Assembly (NCBI GenBank): GCA_963717935.1
Contig: CAVQXP010000001.1
Span: 32,001 to 96,000, forward strand
Source: Candidatus Eiseniibacteriota bacterium
Lineage (GTDB): Bacteria > Eisenbacteria > RBG-16-71-46
Reading direction: 5' to 3'
Length of the DNA stretch: 64,000 bases
Shown: one piece after another, positions 39,164 through 49,263 of the stretch
Layout of the letters: each line of letters begins with the position of its first letter
Position numbering within the stretch: the first letter of the stretch is position 1
Notes under the pieces: generated by a model
Seen by the model: the letters and a program-made list of their open reading frames with translations, nothing else
What the model was told of the DNA's origin: nothing
Database searches by the model: none
Made by a program: the position numbers and the translations under genes

Positions 39164-42022
39164 TCAGAAGTTGTAGCCGAGCGTGAACTGGGTGCGCGGG
39201 TGCCGCGAGAAGCGGCGGAAGTCCTCCGTCTGCCAGACGTAGTTCCAGCGCAGCACCGGGTAGGGGCCACCGCCGATGTAGAAGCCCACGCCGGCGCTGC
39301 CCAGGTGGCCCTGGCCCCCCGGCCCCAGGTCGAAGCCGCCCAGGTAGTACGCCGGCACGCTCACGAGCGGCAGACCGCCCCCGCCCCAGGCCCAGCCCGC
39401 GTCCGCGAAGGCGGTGCCGTTCACCGGGGGCAACGTCCACGGCACGGGGAAGACGAAGCGCAACCCGCGCAGCAGCGGAAAGCGCAGCTCCTGCTGGGCG
39501 GCCACGGTGCGCAGTCCGGAGAGCGTGTGATAGTCGTAGCCACGCAGGGTCGTGCGCCCACCCAGGTAGAAGCGCTGCGCATCCCGCCCGAGGCTCGCCT
39601 GGCCCTGCACGCGGGTGGCCGAGACGAACTGCGGGATGGGCATCCAGTAGCGACGCAACTCGCCCAGCAGCGTGCCGTAGTCACCCGCGCCGGAGCCCAG
39701 GTCGCGCGTGTAGCCCGCACCGAGCATCAGCCGCAGGCCGGTGCTGGGCCCGATCCAGCTGTAGGCCGCGTTGTCGTGCACGAACGAGACGAAGTTCGAG
39801 ACCAGGTCCGCGTCCACGGTCTGTCCGTCGCGCAGCAGGTGCCCGAGCGCGCGGCGCACCAGGATCGAGCCCTCGATCCGGTTGAACTTGTCGAAGGGGT
39901 AGCGCGCCAGCAGCGAGACCCCGGCCCGGCGCTCCAGCCGGACGGCGTTCAGATCGGCGTCGTAGACGCTCACCAGGCGGTGGATCCCCGCCCCGTAGTT
40001 GAGCCGGCGCGCCTGGTTGATGTACGTGACGCCGGCCTCGATCCCGTCCCAGAAGTTCCCGAAGAGCTGGGACGCCTCGTTCGAGAGGAAGATGTAGTAC
40101 TGCTCGTCGCCCAGCAGGTCGCTGAGCGCGATCTGGCCGGACCCGCCGGCGCCGAGCACCGGGTCCACCCCCACCATGTTCTGCACCAGGTCGATGCCCA
40201 CGCGGCGCTGGTAGCGCCGCGCCGCGGAGGTGTCGTGGGCCGCAGGCGCGGGCGGGAGCGGGAGCGGCGGCTCGACGCGCTCCACCGCGAGCGTGTCGGG
40301 GTCGAAGCGCACGGCGTAGCTCTGGAACTCGATGGCGCTCTGGCCGGTGAAGAGCAGTCCGCGACCCCCCGGGAGCCAGTCGGGGTCGGATGCGGGACCG
40401 AGCAGGCGCGTGACGCGCCGCACCTCGTCCGACGGCGCCGCCGGGCGAAGGTAGAGGTCGCTGGTGCCCCCCCGGGTCGACCGGAACGCGATCCAGCGGC
40501 CGTCCGGGGCGTAGCGTGGCTGGCGGTCGTCGCCCCGGGGGGGGTCGCCCAGGCGCTCCAGTTCCCCGGTCTCGAGCGAGAGCCGCCACAGCGCATGCCG
40601 CCCCCGCGCCATGTCCCGGTCGGAGGCGAACACGACCCAGCGGCCGTCGGGCGAGATGTCGGGCTCGAGATCGTCCCAGTCGTCGTGGGTCAGCCGCTCG
40701 AGCGCGATCTTCCGGCCGGACCAGCGCGCCCGGTAGAGGTCCGAATTCCCGCCGTAATCCTGGGCCGAGAAGACCACGGCCGTGTCGCCGGGCGCCAGGT
40801 CCGGGTCGGTGATCGCCACCAGCCGCGGGAAGTCGAGGCGGCGCGTGACCCGTCCGCGGGCGGCGTCCACGACGTAGATCGCGTCGCGGCCGCCCCGCTT
40901 CGAGGACAGCGCGATGAGCCCCGAGGGCGTGGCGCTGGGGCGGTTCTGGAACAGGTGGAAGGACTCGAACTGGGGCGAGAGCCCGCCGCGCAGCAGGCGG
41001 CGCTCGTGGCGCCGGCCCGCCGCGCCGGGCCGGCTCAGCATCAGGTCGATGCCATTCTCGCTGGCCGCGAAGTAGCAGAAGCTCAGGTTGCTGTCGGCGG
41101 GGTCGGGGTTCGGCACCACGCACGGGCCCAGGTTGTAGTGCCCGCGCAACGTGAGCTTCTGCGCCACTTGCTTCACGGGCAGCGCCGTGGTGATGGCCGG
41201 GTAGAAGCGGCGCTTGAGCGAGTCGAACCAGGCCTCGTCCGTGCGCTCGACCGGCTCGCCGAAGGTGATGCGGTAGACCGTCTCGAAGTCCTCACCGCGC
41301 CACCAGTCCTCGAGCAGGTCGAAGACCCGGTCCGGACCGAAGCGCTCGGCCAGGTAGAGCAGGAACGACTGCCCCTCCTTGTACATGAGCACCGAGCCGG
41401 TGATGGCCTCGCTCTTCGTCAGGGGCAGGGCCTCGCCGCTGGTCACGGCGTCGCGCAGCAGTCCCTCGGCGTCGGCGTCCCAGCGGGTCCCGCAGTACTC
41501 CGCCAACCCCTCGATGAACCAGAGCGGTGGCAGCGAGTTCAGGCCCCGGCGGTGCGCCTTCATCACGCGCGAGAGCTTCTCCAGCATGTACCAGTGCGCG
41601 AGCTCGTGGCGCGTCACCCAGCGAAGCCGCGCCCAGGAGCCGTTGTGCGGGACCAGCACCCGCCCCTTGATCAGCTCCGTCAGGCCCCCGGTCGCCTCGG
41701 TGAGCAGCTCGGGCGTGGCATTGGTCTGCTGAAAGAGGTGGTGTGTCGAGTAGATCAGCAGCGGGACCTGGGCGCGCGGCTCGAGCCGGAAGCGCCCGTC
41801 GTACTCGACGCAGATGCTCTCGGCCAGGGCCGCCACGCGGCGCGCGAGACTCTCCTCTTCCGCGTAGAAATGCAGCCGGACGTGCGGCGTCTCGAGCACG
41901 GCCCAGTCGAGGGTCCCGTACTGGACCTTGTTCTTGCCGAACATCTGGGCCCGTGCGGCCGGGGCGGGAAGACAGAGAAGCACGGCCAGGACCGGCGCGA
42001 GCGCCGGAAGCCGAAAGCGCAT
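39164..42022 (-). CDS. Omp85/BamA-family barrel fused to a gluzincin-like peptidase and PD40/TolB propeller
   Basis: Signal peptide, FGKNKVQY, HELAH..WFIEGLAEY, PD40 repeats (SPDGRWVVFAS), LRGY motif and C-terminal FTLGYNF. Confidence 0.85.
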   Translation of the reverse strand: MRFRLPALAPVLAVLLCLPAPAARAQMFGKNKVQYGTLDWAVLETPHVRLHFYAEEESLARRVAALAESICVEYDGRFRLEPRAQVPLLIYSTHHLFQQTNATPELLTEATGGLTELIKGRVLVPHNGSWARLRWVTRHELAHWYMLEKLSRVMKAHRRGLNSLPPLWFIEGLAEYCGTRWDADAEGLLRDAVTSGEALPLTKSEAITGSVLMYKEGQSFLLYLAERFGPDRVFDLLEDWWRGEDFETVYRITFGEPVERTDEAWFDSLKRRFYPAITTALPVKQVAQKLTLRGHYNLGPCVVPNPDPADSNLSFCYFAASENGIDLMLSRPGAAGRRHERRLLRGGLSPQFESFHLFQNRPSATPSGLIALSSKRGGRDAIYVVDAARGRVTRRLDFPRLVAITDPDLAPGDTAVVFSAQDYGGNSDLYRARWSGRKIALERLTHDDWDDLEPDISPDGRWVVFASDRDMARGRHALWRLSLETGELERLGDPPRGDDRQPRYAPDGRWIAFRSTRGGTSDLYLRPAAPSDEVRRVTRLLGPASDPDWLPGGRGLLFTGQSAIEFQSYAVRFDPDTLAVERVEPPLPLPPAPAAHDTSAARRYQRRVGIDLVQNMVGVDPVLGAGGSGQIALSDLLGDEQYYIFLSNEASQLFGNFWDGIEAGVTYINQARRLNYGAGIHRLVSVYDADLNAVRLERRAGVSLLARYPFDKFNRIEGSILVRRALGHLLRDGQTVDADLVSNFVSFVHDNAAYSWIGPSTGLRLMLGAGYTRDLGSGAGDYGTLLGELRRYWMPIPQFVSATRVQGQASLGRDAQRFYLGGRTTLRGYDYHTLSGLRTVAAQQELRFPLLRGLRFVFPVPWTLPPVNGTAFADAGWAWGGGGLPLVSVPAYYLGGFDLGPGGQGHLGSAGVGFYIGGGPYPVLRWNYVWQTEDFRRFSRHPRTQFTLGYNF

Positions 42023-42048
42023 TCGAAGGACTCCGGACGACGAACGGA

Positions 42049-42828
42049 CTACTGCGGGCGGCTCCCGGCGGCCAGCACGTCCTCGAGAGCATAGAGGCCC
42101 GGCCCGGCGCCCGCCACGAAGCGCGCCGCGGCCAGCGCCCCGTGCGCGAAGGCCAGACGGTCCTGCGCGACGTGCCGCAATTCGAGCCACTCCCCCTCGC
42201 CGGCGAGCAGGACCGTGTGGTCGCCGACCCAGCTCCCGCCGCGCACGGAGTGCACGCCGATCTCCCCCGCCGGACGGGGGCCCGTGCGTCCCTGCCCGCG
42301 ACCGAAGCGCGGCGCACCGCCTTCCCCACCCGGGCGGACGGCCGCGTCCGCGGCCAGCGCGAGCGCCGTGCCCGAGGGGCTGTCCACCTTCAGGCGATGG
42401 TGCCGCTCGACGATCTCGACATCCCAGCCGGGCGGCAGCGCCGCCAGCGCGGCCCGCAGCGCCCGGCGCAGCACGGCCACGCCGAGACTGAAGTTGGACC
42501 CGCGTACCACGGCCACGCGGCGCGCGGCGGAGCGCACCGCCTCGTCCTGCGCGGGGTCGAGCCCGGTCGTGCCCGAGACCAGGCCCGCCCCGCGCTCCGC
42601 GCACAGCGTGGCCAGCGCCGCGCAGACCGCCGGGTCGCTGAACTCGACCGCCACGTCCCCTGCCCCGAGCACCCCGGCTGCGTCCGCGGCCCAGCCCGCC
42701 ACGCCCGCCGGCTGGCTCGCCGCGCGGTCCACGCGCGCCTTGATGACGAACCCGGAGGTGCCCGCCACGGCCTGCTCGACCGCGCGTCCCATGCGCCCGG
42801 CGGCTCCGACCAGCACGAGCGGGATCAT
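42049..42828 (-). CDS. dapB: 4-hydroxy-tetrahydrodipicolinate reductase
   Basis: GAAGRMG, GTTG, NFSLG, EIVERHHRLKVDSPSGTAL. Confidence 0.96.
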   Translation of the reverse strand: MIPLVLVGAAGRMGRAVEQAVAGTSGFVIKARVDRAASQPAGVAGWAADAAGVLGAGDVAVEFSDPAVCAALATLCAERGAGLVSGTTGLDPAQDEAVRSAARRVAVVRGSNFSLGVAVLRRALRAALAALPPGWDVEIVERHHRLKVDSPSGTALALAADAAVRPGGEGGAPRFGRGQGRTGPRPAGEIGVHSVRGGSWVGDHTVLLAGEGEWLELRHVAQDRLAFAHGALAAARFVAGAGPGLYALEDVLAAGSRPQ

Positions 42829-43733
42829 GGCTGCCGCACCTTCGCCGGGGCGGGGGGAGTCGCCGCAAGCCGGACGGCGGCGGATTCCGCGGCCCCCAGG
42901 ATCGCCGTCCCGCTGGCGGGTTCGACCGGGACGAGCGGCAGCCGCAGCTCGTTCTCGATCAACCCCATGGCCGCGAGCAGGAACTTCACCGGCCCGGGGT
43001 TCGACTCGATGAAGAGCGCCTTGAAGAGCGGCAGCAACCTGCGATGGATCGCCCCGGCCTCCTGCATCCGCCCGGCACGGGCGTGATCGCAGAGCGCGCG
43101 CATCTCGCGCGGCGCCACGTTCCCGACCACCGACACCACGCCCACGGCCCCGACCGCGATCATCGGCAGGGTGAGCGAGTCGTCGCCGCACAGCAGCGTC
43201 AGGCTCGTGCGCGCGCGCACGGCGCTGGCCTGATCGAGCGAGCCCGAAGCCTCCTTGACGGCCACCACGTTGGGCAGGCCCTGCACCCGCTCGAGCGTCT
43301 CGGGCAGGGTGTTCGTCCCGGTCCGGCCGGGCACGTTGTAGAGGATGAGCGGCAGCCGCGTGCTCTTCGCCACCGCCGTGAAGTGCGCCACCTGGCCCCT
43401 GGGCGTGGGCTTGTTGTAGTAGGGGGTCACGATCATCGCCCCGTCGAGCCCGCTCTCCTCGGCGATCCGGGTGAGCGCGATGGTATCGGCGGTCGAGTTC
43501 GTGCCCGTGCCCGCCACGACCGGGATCCGCCCGCGCACGCGCTCCTTCGCGAAGCGCCACAGCGCGCGACGCTCCTCCACCGCACAGGTCGCCGCCTCCC
43601 CGGTCGAGCCCGAGAGCACAAGGCATTCCGTGCCACCTTCGATCAGGAACTCCACCAGCCGCGCGGTCGCCTCGTGGTCGAGGGCCCCGTCCTTGAACGG
43701 CGTCACCATCGCCACCGTGAGTCCTTCGAACAT
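42825..43733 (-). CDS. dapA: 4-hydroxy-tetrahydrodipicolinate synthase
   Basis: GSTGE, PYYNKP, LYNVPGRT, Schiff-base lysine in VKEAS, and ESNPGPVK. Confidence 0.96.
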   Translation of the reverse strand: MFEGLTVAMVTPFKDGALDHEATARLVEFLIEGGTECLVLSGSTGEAATCAVEERRALWRFAKERVRGRIPVVAGTGTNSTADTIALTRIAEESGLDGAMIVTPYYNKPTPRGQVAHFTAVAKSTRLPLILYNVPGRTGTNTLPETLERVQGLPNVVAVKEASGSLDQASAVRARTSLTLLCGDDSLTLPMIAVGAVGVVSVVGNVAPREMRALCDHARAGRMQEAGAIHRRLLPLFKALFIESNPGPVKFLLAAMGLIENELRLPLVPVEPASGTAILGAAESAAVRLAATPPAPAKVRQP

Positions 43734-43773
43734 GATGACCTCCGAAGCCTGCCCTGCCGGCCCGCGGCCAGCG

Positions 43774-44605
43774 CTACGGCTGCTCCCAGACGCCCGTGAA
43801 AGACACCTCGGCCGGGCCGGTGAGCCTCACGTCGTGACCGTCCACGACGGACTCGAACGATACCACCAGCGCGTCGCCTCCCGCGGTCAGGACCTCGACC
43901 GGGGAGCGCGCGCCCTCGCCCGCGACCCACAGGGCCGAAGCGATGGCCCCGCTCCCGCAGGCCAGCGTCTCGGCCTCGACCCCCCGCTCGTACGTGCGCA
44001 TGGCCACGCGCGCGCGGCCCGGCCCGCCCGCGGCGGAGACCCGGGCGACGAAGTCCACGTTGACGCCGGCCGGCGCGAAGCGCGCATGCCGCCGCAGCGC
44101 CGCGCCCCACTCCACGACCGGCACGGGACCGACCTGCGGCGACCTCGATGACGAAGTGCGGGACGCCGACGCGGAAGCCCCGGCCCGTGAACGCGCGCCC
44201 GGCCGCCTCGAGCGTCTCGGGGGCACCGGCGGCAGCCACCCGGCCGAAGTGCAGCTCGATCGCGCCACCCGGCGCGAGGCGGGCCTCCTGCACGCCCGCC
44301 TCGCTGCGGAAGCGCACGGAGCCGGCACGGCCCAGCCCGCGCTCGAGCGCGAAGCGCGCCAGGCAGCGCGCGCCGTTGCCGCAGAACTCGGCCCGGCCGC
44401 CGTCCGCGTTGTGGTAGCGCATGGCGAAATCCAGCTCCGGGTCGCGCTCGAGCAGGAGCACGCCGTCCGCGCCCACGCCGCGCCGGCGGTCGCAGAGCCG
44501 CCGCAGGAGCACGTCGGGCGGCTCGGGCAGGAACGGCTCGCGGTGGTCCACGACCACGAAGTCGTTGGCCGCGCCGTGCATCTTCACGAACGGGATCCCG
44601 GTCAC
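43774..44605 (-). CDS. dapF: Diaminopimelate epimerase (indel near 44140)
   Basis: KMHGAANDF, GVGADG, EFCGNGARC and RTYERGVEAETLACGSG. Confidence 0.93.
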
Positions 44606-45831
44606 AGGCCCTCGATCCAGCGCTTGAGCACCAGGCGCATGTCGTTGATCTCCTGCGCGGGCGTCAACTCGCAGTACATCACCTCGCTCGCGGGCTCGAC
44701 GTCCATCCGCCAGGCGCGGTTGCCGTCCGCGTCCCGCCAGGCGCGCACCCGCCACTTCCCGGGCTCCAGCTTGAGATCGAACGTCCCCTTGTCGTCCGGC
44801 TCCGCGAACACCCGGCGAGTGGAGTCCTCCTCGGAGACCGCGATCACGCGGAACACGCCGAGCGTATCCCCGGTGGGGTCCGTGACGATGCCGCGCACGC
44901 GCCCCGGGGCGCGCGGGTCCACGACGCGCACCATCAGATCCCGCGCGACCGCGTGCGCGGCCGTCAGCTCGAGGATCGTATCCGCCGGCGCGAGCACGTC
45001 CTTGTCGGGCTCGAACGAGCGGTTGCGGTTCAGGTCGGCGAAGGCCCACAGGCGGTAGCTTCCCGGTACCGGCAATCCGGGGATGCAGAAGCGCCCCTGC
45101 GCGTCGGCGAGGCCCAGGGCGTCGAAGTCGCGCGCCGTCGAATCGGGCGCCCGGCCGTCGCGATAGCACCACAGGTACGTGCCCGAGACATCGAAGCCCC
45201 GCGCCTCGATCACCCCCTCCAGCACGCCGGGCGGGAAGCTGTCTGCCGTGCTGAAGACGACGGTGAAACCCGCGGTCATCGCGTTCCCGTGGCGGTCGCG
45301 CGCCGACGGCCCCACGAAGAGCGTGTAGGTCTGGCTCGCGCGCAGCGGTTCCTCCAGCAGCAAGGTGAGCTCGCGGCCGTTCCAGCGGCGCTGGCGGATG
45401 TCCACGCGCGGAGCGAGCGAGACGGCCTCGCCCGTGGACCGCGGCTCCATGCCCTCGCTGAACGTCAGGGAGAGCCGCGCGTCCAGCGGCACGCGCGCCT
45501 TCCCCGAATCCGGCGCGGAGGACACCACCTGCGGCGGCACGAGGTCCGCCGGCCCCCCCGAAGGCGGCCCCTTGCGAGCGCAGCCAGTAAGGACGAGCAG
45601 CAGCGGCAGGACGCCAGCCGCCAAGGCGAGCAGCGGTCGTCCCGCCTCCGGCCTGCCGCGGCCGATGGCCGGAGGGCGACGTCCGCGCCGCCGCACAGCC
45701 AGGGATGGCGGAGCGGCGACAAGCGCGGAGGAGCGAGCGGTGCGCCAGGGACTGGCGCACCCGAGCGCTCGCCCGTGGGCCATCGGCCGCGGCAGGCCCC
45801 CCGCCAACAGCACGGTCTCGTCGCCGCTCAT
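44602..45831 (-). CDS. Ig-like (Big_5) domain lipoprotein (true start may be closer to the lipobox)
   Basis: LTG-C-ARKGPPSGGPAD..PPQV, LTFSEGM and D..GN..F..VFST. Confidence 0.75.
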   Translation of the reverse strand: MSGDETVLLAGGLPRPMAHGRALGCASPWRTARSSALVAAPPSLAVRRRGRRPPAIGRGRPEAGRPLLALAAGVLPLLLVLTGCARKGPPSGGPADLVPPQVVSSAPDSGKARVPLDARLSLTFSEGMEPRSTGEAVSLAPRVDIRQRRWNGRELTLLLEEPLRASQTYTLFVGPSARDRHGNAMTAGFTVVFSTADSFPPGVLEGVIEARGFDVSGTYLWCYRDGRAPDSTARDFDALGLADAQGRFCIPGLPVPGSYRLWAFADLNRNRSFEPDKDVLAPADTILELTAAHAVARDLMVRVVDPRAPGRVRGIVTDPTGDTLGVFRVIAVSEEDSTRRVFAEPDDKGTFDLKLEPGKWRVRAWRDADGNRAWRMDVEPASEVMYCELTPAQEINDMRLVLKRWIEGL

Positions 45832-46715
45832 CGCGCCCTCGGATGCGCCTGCTCGTAGGCCTGCAGGAGCCGGCTCCTCGAGACGTGCGTGTAGACCTGC
45901 GTCGTGGCCAGCGAGCGGTGCCCCAGCATCTCCTGGATCGCCCGCAGGTCGGCGCCCTGGTCCAGCATGTGACTGGCGAACGAGTGGCGCAGCGCGTGCG
46001 GCGTCACGCCAAGCCCACGCGCCACGTCCACCAGCCGGCGGCGCACCACGCGCTGCACCGTGCGGCCCGAGAGCCGCGCGCCCGAGGGACCCACGAAGAC
46101 CGGCTCGTCGCCGCGCACGGCCCGCGGGCGGGCGGCGAGGTAGCCCTCGAGGGCGCGCAGCGCCCCGGCCCCGACCGGCACGATGCGCTCGCGCCGGCCC
46201 TTGCCCCGCACGCGCACCAGCCCCGCTCCGCGGTCCACGTCGCCCCGGTTGAGCCCCACCAGTTCCGAGAGCCGCAGCCCCGAGGAATACGCCAGCTCCA
46301 GCAGGGCGCGGTCGCGCGGGGCCGTCCGGTCGTCCGCCGCGGCCAGCCGGTCGAGCGCCAGCTTCAGATCCGCCGCCGGGAGCGTGCGCGGCAGCCGCTT
46401 CGGCAGGCGCGGGAACGGGATCGCCCGCGCCGGATCCAGCGCGATCAGACCTCGTCGCACGCAGAAGCGCGAGAAGCTGCGCCAGGCGGCCAGCGCGCGC
46501 GCCGCGCTCGCCGCCGAGTGGTGCGTCAGGTAGAGCCCGTGCAGGGCGCGCTCGAGCAACTCGCGCGTCCACAGCCCGGGCGACACCGGGCGGCCAGCGC
46601 CCGCGGCAAGGTCCAGCACGCCCACGATGTCGCGCCGGTACGCCGCCATCGTGTGGCGGGAGGCGCGGCGCTGTGCGCCCAGCTCGCTCAGGAACGCTTC
46701 GAGCGCGTCACGCAC
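45828..46715 (-). CDS. xerC: Tyrosine recombinase XerC
   Basis: SRHTMAAYRRD, RDRALLELAYSSGLRLSEL and HALRHSFASHML..DLRAIQEMLGH..TTQVYTH..AHPRA; follows topA. Confidence 0.9.
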   Translation of the reverse strand: MRDALEAFLSELGAQRRASRHTMAAYRRDIVGVLDLAAGAGRPVSPGLWTRELLERALHGLYLTHHSAASAARALAAWRSFSRFCVRRGLIALDPARAIPFPRLPKRLPRTLPAADLKLALDRLAAADDRTAPRDRALLELAYSSGLRLSELVGLNRGDVDRGAGLVRVRGKGRRERIVPVGAGALRALEGYLAARPRAVRGDEPVFVGPSGARLSGRTVQRVVRRRLVDVARGLGVTPHALRHSFASHMLDQGADLRAIQEMLGHRSLATTQVYTHVSRSRLLQAYEQAHPRAR

Positions 46716-49263
46716 CGACGGGCTCCGGCGCGGACCGATAACCGCAGCCGGGCTTCGCACACCGCAGCGTGCGCCCCTGACGGTTGAGCTTCTCCAGCAG
46801 GAACGGCGTGCCGCAGCTCGGGCAGGGCACGGGAACCGGCCGGTCCCACACCGCATGGTCGCACTTCGGGTAGCGCGAACACCCGTAGAACACCTTGCCG
46901 CGCCGGCTGCGCTTCTCGGCCAGCTCGCCCTCGCCGCACTGGGGACAGGGGATCCCGAGCGTCGGCTTCTTCGTGAAGTCGCACTCCGGCCGGCGCAAGC
47001 AGGAGATGTAGCGGCCGAACGGCCCGGAGCGGGCCACCAGCCCGGCGCCGCACTTCGGACACGCGCCCTCCACCGGCACCGGCGGCTCGGGCGGCTCCAG
47101 CGGCTCCGTGTACTTGCACTTCGGGTAGCCCGAGCAGGCGCGGTACGCGCCGCGCCGGTTGAAGCGCATCCGCAGCGGTTTGCCGCATTCCGGGCAGGTC
47201 TTGTCGGTGAGTTCGCCGCCAGTCGAAGGCGCCTTGCCCGACTTCTCCAGGTCGAGCACGAACGGCTCCCAGAAGTCGCGCACCACCTTGTGCCACTCCT
47301 GGCGGCCCTCCTCGACCTCGTCGAGCTCGTCTTCCATCCTCGAGGTGAAATCCACGTTGAAGATGTCCGGGAAGCTCCCGACCAGGGCCCGGTTCACCGC
47401 CAGCCCCAGGTCGCTGGGCACGAGCCGGCCCTTGTCGCGCGCGACGTACTCCCGCGAGGTGATGGTGCCGACGATGGTGGCATAGGTGCTGGGACGGCCG
47501 ATGCCCTGCTCCTCGAGCGTCTTGACCAGCGAGGCTTCGCTGTAGCGCGGCGGCGGCTGCGTGAAGTGCTGCTCGGGCCGCACGGGTGCGGCGTCCGCGC
47601 GGATGGCCTCGCGCGCGACGGCGACCGGGAGCCCGGCCGTGAGCTCGGGCAGGCTCGAGCCGTTCTCCTCGTCCTCCTCGTCGAGCCCGTAGAGCTTCTG
47701 GAAGCCCGCGAACTTGAGCACGCGTCCGGTGGCCCGCAGCCCCAGCCGGCCCGAGACGACCTCGGCCGTCGTGGCCAGGTACTCGGCCGACGAAGCCTGC
47801 GAGGCCACCGCCCGCTTCCAGATCAGGTCGTAGAGCTTGTACTGCTCCTCGCTCAACTCCCCCCGCAGTGAGTCGGGGGTGCGCTCGACCGCGGTCGGGC
47901 GGATCGCCTCGTGCGCGTCCTGGGCGCTCTTCTTGCCGCGGAACTGCCGCGGGCTCTCCGGCACGTAATCCGGCCCCAGGGCGCGCTTCAGCCACTCGCG
48001 CATCTCGGAGATGGCCTCGCCCGCGAGACGCGGCGAGTCGGTGCGCATGTAGGTGATGAGGCCCACGCCCGCCACGCCCTCGTAGAGTTGCTGCGCGATC
48101 TTCATGGTGCGCTGGGCGGTGAAGCCGAGCCGGTTGAAGGCGGCCTGCTGCAGCGTGCTGGTGATGAAGGGCGCCCGCGGGTGCACCTGGCGCGGCTGGG
48201 TCTCGACCGCGGCCACCCTCGCCGGCGCGCCGGCCAGTTCCGCCGCCAGCGCCTGCATCCGCTCGCCCGCGCCGGGCCCGCGCAGCTGCTGCTGCTCGAG
48301 TTCCTCCTCCCCCACGCGCACCAGGCGCGCGGTGAAGCGGGCTGGGGCGCCGCCGGCCTCGGGTTCCGCCGTCTGGAAGTCGGCCTCGAGCGTCCAGTAC
48401 TCCTCCGGCTGGAAGGCGCGGATCTCCTCCTCGCGCTCGCAGACGAGCCGCAGCGCCACGCTCTGGACGCGCCCGGCACTCAGGCCGAAATAGAAGCGCT
48501 TCCACAGGAACGGGCTCACCTTGTAGCCCACCAGGCGGTCGAGCACGCGCCGCGCCTGCTGCGCATTCACCAGGTTCAAGTCGATCGCGCGCGACTCCTT
48601 CAGGGCCTGCTTCACGGCGCGCTCGGTGATCTCGTTGAACGTGAGCCGCTCGACCGGGCTTTCCACGGACTTGAGCGCGCCGGCGAGGTGCCAGGCGATG
48701 GCCTCGCCCTCGCGGTCCGGGTCGGGTGCCAGATAGATGCGTCCGGCGACCTTCGCCGCGGCGCGGATCCTGGCGAGCACCTTCGCCTTGGCCGGCAGTG
48801 GCACGTAGGTGGGCTCGAAGTCATTCTCGACGTCCACGCCGAGGTCGCGCTTGGGCAGGTCCATGATGTGGCCATTCGACGCCAGCACCGTGAACCCGCG
48901 GCCCAGGAACTTGGTGAGCGTGCGGCTCTTGGTCGGGGACTCGACGATGACCAGCGCCTTGCCGGCGGCCGGCGCCTTCGCCACGGCCACCTTCGCGGTC
49001 GCCCCGGCGGTGGCCTTCGTCCGCGGCTTCCTGGCGGCCGGCGTGGCGGGCGTCTTCGCCCGCGGCTTCCTGGCGGCCGGCGCGGCGGGCGTCTTCGCCC
49101 GCGGCTTCCTGGCGGCCGGCGCGGCATCGCGCGTCTTCGCCAGAGCGCGGGGGCTCGCGCCTGCGGCGCGTGGCCGCTTCGCGGGCGCCGCGGCGCTGCC
49201 CGCCGTACCGCCGGCTTCCGAAACCGTCTTCTTCTTATTAGTGCGCGACGTCGAGGTCACCAT
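46708..49263 (-). CDS. topA: DNA topoisomerase I with an N-terminal Ala/Lys/Pro-rich extension
   Basis: LVIVESPTK, DPDREGEAI, SAGRVQS, catalytic Tyr in ITYMRTDS, GIGRPSTY and C-terminal C4 Zn ribbons. Confidence 0.96.
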   Translation of the reverse strand: MVTSTSRTNKKKTVSEAGGTAGSAAAPAKRPRAAGASPRALAKTRDAAPAARKPRAKTPAAPAARKPRAKTPATPAARKPRTKATAGATAKVAVAKAPAAGKALVIVESPTKSRTLTKFLGRGFTVLASNGHIMDLPKRDLGVDVENDFEPTYVPLPAKAKVLARIRAAAKVAGRIYLAPDPDREGEAIAWHLAGALKSVESPVERLTFNEITERAVKQALKESRAIDLNLVNAQQARRVLDRLVGYKVSPFLWKRFYFGLSAGRVQSVALRLVCEREEEIRAFQPEEYWTLEADFQTAEPEAGGAPARFTARLVRVGEEELEQQQLRGPGAGERMQALAAELAGAPARVAAVETQPRQVHPRAPFITSTLQQAAFNRLGFTAQRTMKIAQQLYEGVAGVGLITYMRTDSPRLAGEAISEMREWLKRALGPDYVPESPRQFRGKKSAQDAHEAIRPTAVERTPDSLRGELSEEQYKLYDLIWKRAVASQASSAEYLATTAEVVSGRLGLRATGRVLKFAGFQKLYGLDEEDEENGSSLPELTAGLPVAVAREAIRADAAPVRPEQHFTQPPPRYSEASLVKTLEEQGIGRPSTYATIVGTITSREYVARDKGRLVPSDLGLAVNRALVGSFPDIFNVDFTSRMEDELDEVEEGRQEWHKVVRDFWEPFVLDLEKSGKAPSTGGELTDKTCPECGKPLRMRFNRRGAYRACSGYPKCKYTEPLEPPEPPVPVEGACPKCGAGLVARSGPFGRYISCLRRPECDFTKKPTLGIPCPQCGEGELAEKRSRRGKVFYGCSRYPKCDHAVWDRPVPVPCPSCGTPFLLEKLNRQGRTLRCAKPGCGYRSAPEPVGA
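49021..49140. repeat. Three tandem 39/39/42-bp repeats inside the topA 5' extension
   Basis: Unit CCGCGGCTTCCTGGCGGCCGGCG(T/C)GGCGGGCGTCTTCGC, encoding AKTPA(A/T)PAARKPR on the minus strand. Confidence 0.92.

Noticed and set aside
34157..46715. Two tyrosine recombinases as phage or island integrases
   Set aside because: Both have XerC/XerD length and signatures, overlap core genes (uvrC, topA), and have no att sites or cargo nearby.
49021..49140. Tandem repeats as a CRISPR array
   Set aside because: No spacers; the units are in-frame coding repeats and there are no cas genes.
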